Assembly (NCBI RefSeq): GCF_004010195.1
Contig: NC_057719.1
Location: forward strand, 33,209,383 to 33,229,382
Reading direction: 5' to 3'
Origin: Chiloscyllium plagiosum
Taxonomy: Eukaryota
DNA length: 20,000 bases
Part shown: positions 1 through 9,930 of the stretch, one piece after another
How the letters are laid out: every line of letters begins with the position of its first letter
Position numbering within the stretch: position 1 is the first letter of the stretch
The notes under the pieces: model-generated
Seen by the model: the letters and a program-made list of their open reading frames with translations, nothing else
What the model was told of the DNA's origin: nothing
Databases searched by the model: none
Translations under genes and position numbers: made by a program

Positions 1-889
1 TCTCACAAAAACAGTAAACTATCATATCAACAGTCAAGGAATGAGAAAAATAACTCCATGTGTGGAAAGGAGCTTGAATGTTCCCAGCTCTTGACCTTGA
101 GATGTGATAAGAGTAAGCAAAGTTTAGTATAAAGGGAATATGTGAAAGCTATTCAGGCACCCCTTACATGAGGCATTTTGCCAAATGTATTGGGTCGATT
201 CTGCAGAGTCCGAATAAACATTTTCTTTGCTCTTGCTAGCATTTGAGTCAAGTCAATTTAATTTCCATGACAGATACTGAGCTTGTGATGACAGGAGGAA
301 CGCAAAATGTTTCCAGGAAATAGTGGTAAGTACAATCCATCCCCTCAGGTGACTGAAAAATACAGTTACATGCAAAATGAAAGCACGGTGACCAACTCTG
401 GGGGTTGAGGTGGGAGGTGTGGGGGAGCAGCGAGATGGAGATAGGTGCAGTTTTAGCTGCTCTCAGAACTTGAGAAGCAGAGGTGGGGTCCTGATGAGAC
501 CTGAGATGCTTCAGGTGAGAGGGACTGCAAGGTTTGACAAGACCCAAGAAGCAGTCTAATTTATTCATTATCCTTTTTTTCAGCTTCTCCCTTCCACCTG
601 AGTTTCCCAAGACCTCTCTTATCCCTTTCCCCTCAGGCTAGCTGGGTATCCATATCACCCCAACACTACACCACTCCTCCCCAAAATGGACTGGGGTGGG
701 GGCTGCCGCTGAAGCAGCCATCACCAAACCTGAATGTAGAGAATCACCCATCCAATGGAGGCCTAAGTTGCAGCTTATTCCCTGGAGAATCAATAGTTGC
801 AATTGGAGACTATCTGTGGCTAACAATGGATCATGTGTAAAAGCAGACCATGTGTTAACAAGGCCTGGTATGTGGGGGTGAGGTGGGGA

Positions 890-1141
890 GCAGCTATTCA
901 CTCTCTCAGGCTGGTCATTATCCACTCCTTTGCCTGTCCAACTATTCTCTCTCTTTGGGCTCTATCTCCACGTATTGTTTACTCCATACCCCCCTTCCCA
1001 CCCTATCTTCTGCATTAAAAATAAATCTTTTCCTAGCTACCATCAGTTCTGAAGAAGGGTCACCAGACCCGAAAAGTCAACTCTGACTTTTTGCCACTTA
1101 TGTTGCCAGACTTGCTAAGCTTTTCCAGTAATTTTTGTTTC
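890..1141 (+). mobile_element. Penelope-like element 3' end (pseudo-LTR) fragment, subfamily A
   Basis: Pyrimidine-rich tract, then a hammerhead core (1049-1078), then ATGTTGCCAGACTTGCTAAGCTTTTCCAGTA (1100-1130). That last motif is homologous to the 3' end of the GIY-YIG-encoding PLE at 10215-10245. Left boundary approximate. Confidence 0.8.
1045..1082 (+). ncRNA. Minimal type-I hammerhead ribozyme motif (PLE-associated)
   Basis: AGTT-CTGAAGA-A-GGGTC-acca-GACCC-GAAA-A-GTC-AACT. Core CUGANGA/GAAA/GUC, perfect 5-bp stem II, 4-bp stem I (AGTT/AACT). Stem III reads GAAAAGTC instead of GAAACGTC. Confidence 0.8.
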
Positions 1142-1149
1142 ATCTTTAA

Positions 1150-1924
1150 ATTGTGAAGTCAGATTGTATAAATGTAACTTGTATTTATTGCAATAAGGAT
1201 TTTGAAGAGTGTTCTAATTTATGGGGAAGATGATGGTGTCATGATAATGCCAACTGGACTCGTAATTCAGAGGCCCAGACTGCAGCTTTGGCATGATGGG
1301 TTCAAATCTCACCATGAGAATTTAATGAGTAAGTCTGGAACTGAAAGCTAGACTTAATGAGCAGGAAAATATTGTTGTAAAAACCCATCTAATTCACAAA
1401 TATTCCATCGGAAAGGAACTCTGATGTCATTGCCTAGTCTAGCCTACGTGTGACACCAGGCCCACAGGAATCCTTTAGGCCTTGAAATGGCCTTGCAAGC
1501 TCTCAATTCAAGGCCAATTGGGGATGACGAACAAGTGCTGGCCTTGTCAGCGATGCCCATATTCCATGAAAGAATGAAAGAAAGGTTATTCAATGGTGAA
1601 AGAATTAGATTGGGTAAATGCAAATACATTATTTCTTCCAATGTGGGAATTCACAACAAGGGGAATAATCTTAAACTTAGATAAAGACCATATCCGAAAT
1701 TAGGTAGAGCTTTCTGCAAAGACAGGGACCTGTAATTCACTTCCAGAAAAGCCTGTAAATGTTGTATAAATTGAATTTTCAGGCCTGAGATGGTCTGACT
1801 TTAATCATTTGGAATATCAAGCAATATTGAGCTGAACAAAGGCTTCTAAACAGGTTGATGTACAGATCTAACAATGACAGAACCAGCTCAAGTAGATGAA
1901 AGGCCTACTCTTGCTTCTATGTTC
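1150..1924 (+). mobile_element. Old CR1-clade LINE 3' fragment, interrupted by the SINE at 1223-1583
   Basis: Degenerate match to the CR1 ORF2 C-terminus and 3' UTR on both sides of the SINE. Ends AGGCCTACTCTTGCTTCTATGTTC, like the tails at 5009-5044 and 13768-13802. Confidence 0.6.
1223..1583 (+). mobile_element. tRNA-derived SINE with LINE-like tail (not HE1)
   Basis: Degenerate A-box region and B-box GGGTTCAAATCTC (~1298-1310). Central GTTGTAAAAACCCATCT... segment. Tail GGCCTTGTCAGCGATGCCCATATTCCATGAAAGAATGAAAGAAA, recalled from a common shark SINE. Confidence 0.75.
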
Positions 1925-2124
1925 CAAAGGTTTAAAATTACAGATTCTAAAGCCAGGTAATATGGCAATTCATTCCCAACCCCATCACAACAGAGATACA
2001 AAGAAAACTAAGAATGCAGTCACCAAAAACCATTCTAATTACAAAAAAATATTTGGAAGAATGACAATCAAAAGGAAAGATATAATGTAAAGCATCTTAT
2101 AAAACAAACCTCCTACATTCATAA

Positions 2125-2222
2125 CTGACAATGTAACAGCTCTTTGTGCTGCACTAGAATGTCAAGTGGACCTTGAACATGTACCCAACTGACTCAGAGA
2201 TAGAAATGCTATTAATTGAATG
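2125..2222 (-). mobile_element. Highly decayed DeuSINE-like head fragment
   Basis: GCTGCACTAGAATGTCA...CTTGAAC...CTGACTCAGAG...GCT resembles the head of the element at 2960-3082. Confidence 0.4.
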
Positions 2223-2655
2223 AGCAGAAATGTGCTTTAATACATGACCCTGACTTTTAAAAAAAAATATCTCGATGGAAAACCTAAGCATTGATAATGT
2301 TAACCATGAGTAGTTATAAAATGTAAACCTGTTATGTGATGGCTAAAATATTAAATTCACTTTCTTACAGAAATAAATATTTTTTTTTAACTGATTTTTG
2401 GATATGCCTTATAATAACAAATACCTTTATATAGTATTATATACTTTGATACAACATAATTTATTTTCCAGAGATTGCCTCACCTTCCTTATGTCATTTA
2501 AAAAAGATTCTTATTTTGCAGTTGATAATCTTTACCACATTCCTCAAAGTCTTTGGCACTACTAGCACCTAAAATAATGGGGCATTATAATTAAAACAAA
2601 ACCTCATTCACTTTAGTTTATATGTGTAGCAAACTGAATCCAGTAAGTCAAAATG

Positions 2656-3082
2656 AACTCATATTCCTATACCACTTTACACATTTTCAAGATGTCCCCA
2701 ACTATTTCACATCCAATGAAATACCTTTGAACCGTAGTCCTTAATATAAAAACAAAAGCCTTTTTGCACAACCCAAGGTCCCACAAGTAGCAGCAAGATA
2801 AATGACCAAATAATCTCAGAACAGTGGTATTGATTGAGAAATAAATAATAGCTAGGTCACTGGAAGAACTTTGCTGTTCTTCATTGAATAGGGTCATGGA
2901 ATCTTCTGCAGTCATTTCTACAGATGAAAAACAGTGTCATCTCAGCAAAAAGAATCCAGCCACTGCCACCTCTCAATATGCAGTAAGAGGAGGTGAAATT
3001 AAGCACTTGTCTGTAGCATGGGGCTTGAATCCACAACATTCTGTTTCAGTGGTGCGAAAGCTCCCACTGAACCAAGGTTGCC
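2656..3082 (-). mobile_element. Old DeuSINE (SacSINE1/AmnSINE-related) copy
   Basis: Minus strand starts GGCAACCTTGGTTCAGTGGGAGC (A-box-like) and has GGATTCAAGCCCC (B-box-like). The degenerate Deu-domain-like body and tail (GATGTCCC...CCAATGAA...CCCACAA...AATGACCA on +) are colinear with the recalled shark DeuSINE consensus. Confidence 0.65.
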
Positions 3083-3250
3083 TTATACTACTATGTTGTT
3101 CATCGATCTGCCACGGATCACTTGTTTTAAATCAAACATTATTTGGAAATGGAGAAACAGCAATAACTGCAGATAATACCCCCAATATATGTGTTTCAAC
3201 CATTTTTACACATATTCCTATATCCTTGCTTGACTTCAGAGAACTAGGGA

Positions 3251-3582
3251 ATCCCTACAGGCCCTTCGGCCCAATAAGTCCATACAGAAGTCCTCCAAAG
3301 AGTAACCCATCCAGACCTATTCCCCTACCCTATTATCCTGTATTGACCCCAACTAATGCACCTAACCTACATATCCCTGAACACTATAGGCAAATTAGCA
3401 TGGCCAATTCGCCCTAACTTGCACATCTTTGGATTGTGGGAAGAAACTAGAGCACCCAGAGGAAACCCACGTAGACACAGGGAGAATGTGCTAACTCTAC
3501 ACAGTTGCCCAGGCTGAAATTGAACCTGGGTCCCTGATGCTGTGAGGCAGCAGTGCTAACCACTGAGCCACTGTGCCACCCC
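3251..3582 (-). mobile_element. HE1-type (V-SINE) tRNA-derived SINE, near full length
   Basis: Minus strand begins GGGGTGGCACAGTGGCTCAGTGGTTAGCACTGCTGCCTCACAGC, with A-box TGGCTCAGTGG and B-box GGTTCAATTTC. V-domain-like GGTTTCCTCTGGGTGCTC and CR1-like tail GGGCCGAAGGGCCTGT. Aligns with copies at 12586 and 18942. Confidence 0.92.
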
Positions 3583-3821
3583 TTCTTATCTTCTGCCTAT
3601 ACCAATAAACGTTTGGCAAAACCTTCCAAAACAGAAATCTTGGTTAGGTTTTCCAGTTCAGCATTAAAGTGGTCAGGTAAGAGGTACAACGCACCATCCT
3701 TCATGACTTCTCATATTCATTGATGTCCTGGACTGTTACAATTGTCAAGAATACTATTTATTCAGGAACATACAAGGGCAATAATGTGACAATACAAGAG
3801 CAAACCTTGATGCCGTCAAGT

Positions 3822-5044
3822 GATGTAACTATGAAGTTGGACGAGGGAAATCCAGTAGATGTAGTGTACCTGGACTTTCAGAACACTTTTGATAAAGTCC
3901 CACACAGGAGGTTAGTGAGTAAAATTAGGGCGCATGGTACTGGGGGCAAAGTACTAGATTGGATTGAAAATTGGTTGGCTAATAGGAAACAAAGGGTAGT
4001 GATAAACGGATCCATTTCGGAATGGCAGGCAGTGACCAGTGGGGTACCGCAGGGATCCGTGCTGGGATCGCAGCTTTTTACAATATATGTTAATGATATA
4101 GAAGATGGTATTAGCAAATTTGCTGATGATACAAAGCTGGGTGGCAGGGTGAAATGTGATGAGGATGTTAGGAGATTACAGGGTGACCTGGACAGGTTAG
4201 GTGAGTGGTCAGATGCATGGCAGATGCAGTTTAATGTGGATAAATGTATGGTTATCCACTTTGGTGGCAAGAACAAGAAGGCAGACTACTACCTCAATTG
4301 AATCAATTTATGTAAAGGGGCAGTACAGAGAGATCTGGGTGTTCTTGTACACCAGTCAATGAAGGCCAGCATGCAGGTACAGCAGGTAGTGAAGGCGGCT
4401 AATAGCATGCTGGCCTTCATAACAAGAGGAATTGAGTATAGAAGCAAAGAGGTGCTTCTGCGGCTGTACAGGGGCCTGGTGAGACCACACCTGGAGTACT
4501 GTGTGTAGTTCTGATCTCCAAATTTGAGAAAAACATTCTGGCTATTGAGGGATTGCAGCTTAGGTTCACGAGGTCAGTTCCTGGAATGGCAGGATTACCT
4601 TACACTGAAAGACTGAAGCGACTGGGTTTGTATGCCCTTGAGTTTCGAAGACTGAGAGGGGATCTGATTGAGACGTATAAGATTATGAAAGGATTGGACA
4701 CTCTGGCAGTGGGAAACTTATTTCCACTGATGGGTGAGTGCCGAACCAGAGGACACAGCTTAAAAATATGGGGTAGACCATTTAGGACAGAGCTCAGGAG
4801 AAACTTCTTCACCCAGAGAGTGGTGGCTGTGTGGAATGCTCTGCCCCAGAGGGCAGTGGAGGCCCACTCTCTGGATTCATTTAAGAAAGAGTTGGATAGA
4901 GCTCTCAAAGATAGTGGAATCAATGGAGATAAGACAGGAATAGAATACTGATTAGGAATGATCAGCCATGATTATATTGAATGGCGGTGCAGGCTCGAAG
5001 GGCTGAATGGCCTACTCCTGCACCTATTGTCTATTGTCTATTGT
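3822..5044 (+). mobile_element. 5'-truncated CR1-clade LINE (relatively young); RT pseudogene plus 3' UTR
   Basis: ORF 3720-4301 contains VYLDFQNTFDKVPH, SGVPQGSVLG, KFADDTKL and WQMQFNVDKC. ORF 4553-4951 contains RRLRGDLIETYKI, TRGHSLK and FFTQRVVAVWNALP. In-frame stops near 4299, 4506 and 4513. Ends in (CTATTGT)3. Confidence 0.97.
5024..5044 (+). repeat. (CTATTGT)3 CR1 3'-terminal tandem repeat
   Basis: Three exact heptamers at 5024-5030, 5031-5037 and 5038-5044. Confidence 0.95.
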
Positions 5045-5654
5045 GAAAAGTATCTCAGCAATTTGGATTAGTACATTCTCAGTTCACTACAACTATTGTG
5101 AACCTTCTTTAGAAATCTGATCTTATAATTAAAATGAAAGTATAATTGGAAAATGGATGAAAACACAAATCAAAAGAAAGACTAAAGGCAGAAAAGCTTA
5201 GAATGACAGCAATCTCCAAAAACATTTTGCAAGAGAAATCAATGATGCAAGGCAGATAGCCTGAAAGAAAGAATATCTAAAATGAAAATTTAACCTCAGA
5301 GGTAAAGTTTGTTGACAGTGACAATGATTCTAGGAAAGGGTACACCTGTCAAAAAGTAGTACTTGCAGAGGATGCCCTATGGAAAATTTGGGATGACAGC
5401 CTATTGTCCAAATATTGGACTGTGTTTTCAAGCCCTACTCTTCACACACAAAACGTGTTTGTTTCAAAAACTATTATGTTAAAGTAGGCTATACAAATAC
5501 ATATCAAATTTTTGTTGCAAAATAAAAGTTCTGAGGAAAAATCATCATCTAAGTAGCAGAAACTGTGATTTTGAAGAAAAACACTGATTGATTAAAGTCA
5601 TAATAGGTTAAGGAGCTGGTCGAGGGCATTACAGATGAAAATATACAAATAGAA

Positions 5655-5725
5655 AATGCTGGAAGGTCAAAGCAGACTGCCAACATCTGTAAAGCGAAAC
5701 CACAAGTGAATGCTTCTAATTAAAA
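5655..5725 (-). mobile_element. Ancient PLE 3'-end remnant
   Basis: Reverse complement of 5657-5686 is ATGTTGGCAGTCTGCTTTGACCTTCCAGCA, a decayed copy of the post-hammerhead motif. The hammerhead itself is no longer recognisable. Confidence 0.55.
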
Positions 5726-5849
5726 GCCTACACTTGATATGTTAAATCTTTACAGTTTACAGCTGTGACCTTACCAAATGTGCATTTCCAGAGTTCTCAG
5801 CTCTTGTTCAAATAATGATTTTCTTTTATTTTCTGTTTTTGTGCAAAAA

Positions 5850-6950
5850 AAACCTGGGGTATTGCATGAGACAAATTTGATGATTTCTTCGGAAGACTTG
5901 AGAAAAGGATGGTTGAGAAGTTAATGAGAGAGTTGGAAGTCAAGCAAGGATATATGAATGGGTGTAAAAGTGATTGGATCACATGCAGAATTATCTGCAG
6001 TTATCATGCAACATTCAATTGAAAGAAATGTTATATGTTCCTGATATGGAAATTGAAATTTGTCGAGGAAAGCTGAAGTTAGATAAATTGAACTTAGTCG
6101 ACAACGTCAGCTTGGATTTCTGTTCTTTATGCACATAATTCTCGATACTAAAATCAAATATGTGATTATCAAATTTATGGATTCTACAAAATATGAATGA
6201 GCAACAAAGGTTCAAACTGTGATCCCATGGGCCTCTCCTTAGTATCATCTCAGTAAAAATTTAAATATATTAATTGCTTTCAGAGGGATTCACTTGGATT
6301 TTTGCATTTCAGTAAGACAAATGACAAATTACACTGAATATTGGCAAACATACAATGTGGAACAATGAACAACATAAGCACAAAATGAAAGGATTAATTT
6401 AGCAGTGAAAGATTCAGAAAGAGATTTGAAAATAACAGTGAATCTATAGGCAATGTAGCAAGTCAATTAAATCAAATAAAATACTGGAATATATAACCTT
6501 TCATGAACACAAGTCTATTGAGGTTGTAAAATGCACTTGTCAAATTCTGCTGACAGTAATGTGCATCATTCTGGTCACACCACTGTAGAGGGATTGGGAA
6601 GATGTAATGAAAAGCACTATGCAAATGTTTCAATGAAGCGGTGAAATGCAACATTAATAATTCTAAGTATAAAGAGTGTGTGGAGGGGATGTGGGGGTGG
6701 GGGTTGTATCTCTGAAGATTCAAATGGCTCAAACTTACAAATTGGAAAGAAGGCTGTTAATTAAGACAGAACTTTCTGAAGCATATAAAACATTCGTGAA
6801 TTCAGATAAGGAACAGTAGACTCTTGCTTCAGAGCGAGAGACACTAGTAGATCTGGAGATTATAGGTATAACTAACAAAACATGAATGTAATTGGAGAGC
6901 GATAAACATCTCAGGTAGATAGCAGAAACATATCGCTTTGGAGTATTCAT
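5850..6950 (+). mobile_element. Very ancient, heavily decayed CR1-clade LINE ORF2 remnant
   Basis: Colinear residual motifs: SCLTNL..FFE-like at ~5860-5900; LGFLFFMHIILDTKIKYVIIKFMDSTK at 6111-6191 (compare LGPLLFLIYINDLD...SKFADDTK); CASFWSHH at ~6560-6583 (compare CVQFWSPH); EAYK at ~6778. May extend left to ~5150. Confidence 0.5.
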
Positions 6951-8699
6951 GTTTAGTTGGATGCTGACTGGAGGAGGTTGGATTGTTAATGAAATGAACT
7001 TGAGTTTGGTGACTAGTTTTGATTTAGCCTTCAGAATCATCCATTGATCAATTGGTCATGCATTTGTACACATGTAATATAATGATTCAACAGTGAAATC
7101 CAGCAATGTAATTTTATTGTGAGGGATAGAGATAAATCTAAGTCTTATAGTACGTAATGCACATGAGATAAGTTCTATGGAGGAGAAGAGACTGATAAAA
7201 AGAAAAGAAATTCACACAACTGGCTAAGGCATATTCGCATAAATAAAGGAAGTAGTTTTACAGTCTGTTCTGTCATGTGAATTGGCTTTAATGCAATCGC
7301 AGAATTCAGACCATTATCTGGAGAGTGCAAACTTTCCTTACCTGTAATGGCAATAACGTGAAGATTGAGCGATTTTCTTATAACACAAGATCATACAATT
7401 GCATTATATAAGAACCGACTCTCCAGGCAGTCTGACAAGATCGCTAAGAACAGTCTCCTAATTTAGTAGAAATTAGTACAGATATTTCATCTTTCTATGT
7501 TGGTGCTCAAATGTAGACTAAAACTCACAAACTCAGTGCAATGAACCAGCCACAATAAAATCTTACTCAATCTTTAAGGTGAACTTTATTGTTCAGGAGC
7601 CATTCCATACTAGACCAGTGCAAAAGATTGCCAAAGTCATGTCTCTGTGGAACTGCTCCTGCACAAAGTCCTTTCTGACCACTTTATGTAATAATAGCAG
7701 ATGTGTTTTGTGTTTTACTTATAACAGCATCTGTTATATGCTCAGAAGCAAAATCACATCCATCCACTTGCACAAGCAGCAAGCAAATTACAGCTGTGCT
7801 CTTTTCCCTCTGAGAGTATCCAGCAGAACGGGTCAACTTCATTCAATATACCGAGATGGATTCACCTACTGTGTCTGGATGAAGGCACTAGGCCCATTTT
7901 AAACAAAGTGAGCAATGAAATTAAGTTATCCTGATTCCATCTATTATTGATAATGTTATCACACTATATAACTGACAGGACCACCATTAAGAATTTTGCG
8001 TTTGTGCAGAGGGATACGCTTCTCCCAAAGACTTTGAGAATCTGTTTATTGCTGATTGAGTCATAGGATTTTCATAGTATTTGCTTAATAACAATTAATC
8101 AATCATTATTCCAGGAAGATATGAGCCAAATATCTGCCAGAGAGGCCAAGAATGAAAAAAAAAACTGGAATTGGAGAAAACATGCTGGATCATTCTGCAA
8201 ATGAAGAGGAAACAAGTGTAGCCGAGAACCAGCCTGTGGCATTGCCCAGCCAAGATGAAAGTTACTTCAGCCTCAATTTGAACAGTCACACAAGTGAGCA
8301 CACCAATACACTTGCAACAGGGAATCAAGTGCTGGGGTCTTCAGGCAGTTTATCCCAGGAATTGGTGTGAGTGACCCACTCAGAATGCCACTCAACCATG
8401 GCCAAGATGTACTTCCTGAGTATAGCTGCTGATAAATAACATATATAGAAAATCTATCACTGTTCACCAATCACCCTTCAACAAAAACCAGGTGAGAGTA
8501 AAACCTTTGTGCAACTCTGCCATCAGGGCCACATGCTATGTGCATTTCAGTTTAATCCTTCATATTCAGAATAATTTAATCCTCAAGGGTTTATTGTAAC
8601 TCAGTCACCTGGTTAGGTGAGCAATTAAATATTAGGAAACCACTTAGCCTCTCAAATATCTCCCTTATACCACAACTGTCAAGATGTGAACACGTGCTG

Positions 8700-9120
8700 A
8701 ATGCTTGCTGCAATTATGCATGGCCTTGATGAGACCACACCAGAAATCTGTATCTAGTTTTGGTCTCCTTATCTGAGGAAGGATGCTCTTGCTGGAGAGA
8801 AGGTGCAGTGAATGCTTGCTAGACTGACTCCTGGATGGTAGGACGATGGACGAGGAGACATTCAATCAGACCAAATTATATTTACTGTAGATCAGAAGAA
8901 TGAGGGATGAATCTATAAAATTCAAATGGAACTAGACAGGGCAACTGCAGAAAGTGTGTTCTTAATAGTGGGATAGTTCAGAACCGGGGGTCACAATCTA
9001 ATGTAGAGGAGTTGAGATGAGGAGAAATTTCTTCACCCAGAGAGTGGTAAGCCTGTGGAATTCACTACCACAGAAAGAGTTGAGGCCAACATTGTATGAT
9101 TTCAAGGATTACTATACTTA
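8700..9120 (+). mobile_element. CR1 LINE A, left part (outermost element of the nest)
   Basis: Degenerate LLQL..ALMRPH..FWSPYLRKD and RRNFFTQRVVSLWNSLPQK. Breaks at 9120 and resumes at 13676. Confidence 0.88.
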
Positions 9121-9344
9121 TTAGATATGGGAGAGTGCTATACCTAATCCAAGGGAATTAAGCCAGTCAAGCAGGCAAGCATTTTTGGAATAGTGACTAT
9201 AACTCTCTAAGCTGCAAAGTCATTGTGGAAACAGATAAAGATAGTGCAAAAGTTATGAGCCCAAAAGTGGGGGATGGCTAATTTCAGTATCATTATACAG
9301 GATCTGAAAAACAGATCCCCCTGGTAAGGGCAGAATCCCCCTCA

Positions 9345-9930
9345 GTCCTCACCTTCCACCCCACTAAACTCCGCATTCACCACATCATCCTCTGCCATTT
9401 CTGTTATCTGCAAACGGACCCCACCACCAGAGATATATTTCCCTCCCCACCCTTATCGGCTTTCCGTAAAGCCCATTCCCTCTGTGACTACCTGGTTAGG
9501 TTCATGACCTTTAACAATCCACCCTCCCCTCCCAGCATCTTCCCCTGCCACCTCAGGAATTGCAAAACCTGCGCCCACACATCCCCCCTCACCTCCGTCC
9601 ATGGCCCCAATGAGTCTTCCACATCCATCAAAGTTTCACCTGTACTTCCACATGTCATTTACTGTATCCATTGCTCCCGATGCAGTCCCCTCTACATTAG
9701 GGAGACAGGACATCTACTCGCAGCACACTTCAGAGAACATCTCTGGAACACACACATGAAGTAACCCCACCACTCCATGGCCCAGCACTTTAACTCCCCA
9801 TCCCACTCTGCCAAGAATATGCAGGTGTTGGGCCTCCTCCATTGCCAAACCTCAACTACCCGACGCCAAGAGGAGAAACACCTCATCTTCCGCCTTGGAA
9901 CCCTCGAACCACATGGTATCAATGTGGACC
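9345..9930 (+). pseudogene. PLE linker plus GIY-YIG endonuclease pseudogene
   Basis: ORFs 9504-9764 and 9777 onward are in one frame separated by TAA at 9762-9764. YIG is altered to YIR. Probable compensating frameshifts around 9610-9650. Confidence 0.9.

Noticed and set aside
248..925. ORFs 248-610 (-), 638-925 (-) and 696-881 (+)
   Set aside because: No recognisable domain or splice context; overlapping short ORFs in a G-rich, probably repeat-derived stretch.
2522..2642. Apparent exon bounded by TTATTTTGCAG and GTAAGT
   Set aside because: Stops in all three frames in AT-rich DNA where such signals arise by chance; no other support.
2884..3417. 177-aa ORF
   Set aside because: Reads antisense through a DeuSINE and an HE1 SINE; a chance open frame.
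3510..3582. tRNA gene-like A/B boxes (also ~1230-1310 and 18942-18996)
   Set aside because: These are SINE heads continuing into SINE bodies; no complete cloverleaf.
3878..4923. Minus-strand ORFs over the CR1 copies (also 11760-11951 and 17545-18609)
   Set aside because: Antisense shadows of CR1 ORF2.
3720..4951. Functional reverse transcriptase gene, retron or other prokaryotic RT system
   Set aside because: Motifs are CR1-type, 5'-truncated, with stops and a LINE tandem-repeat tail; the context is vertebrate.
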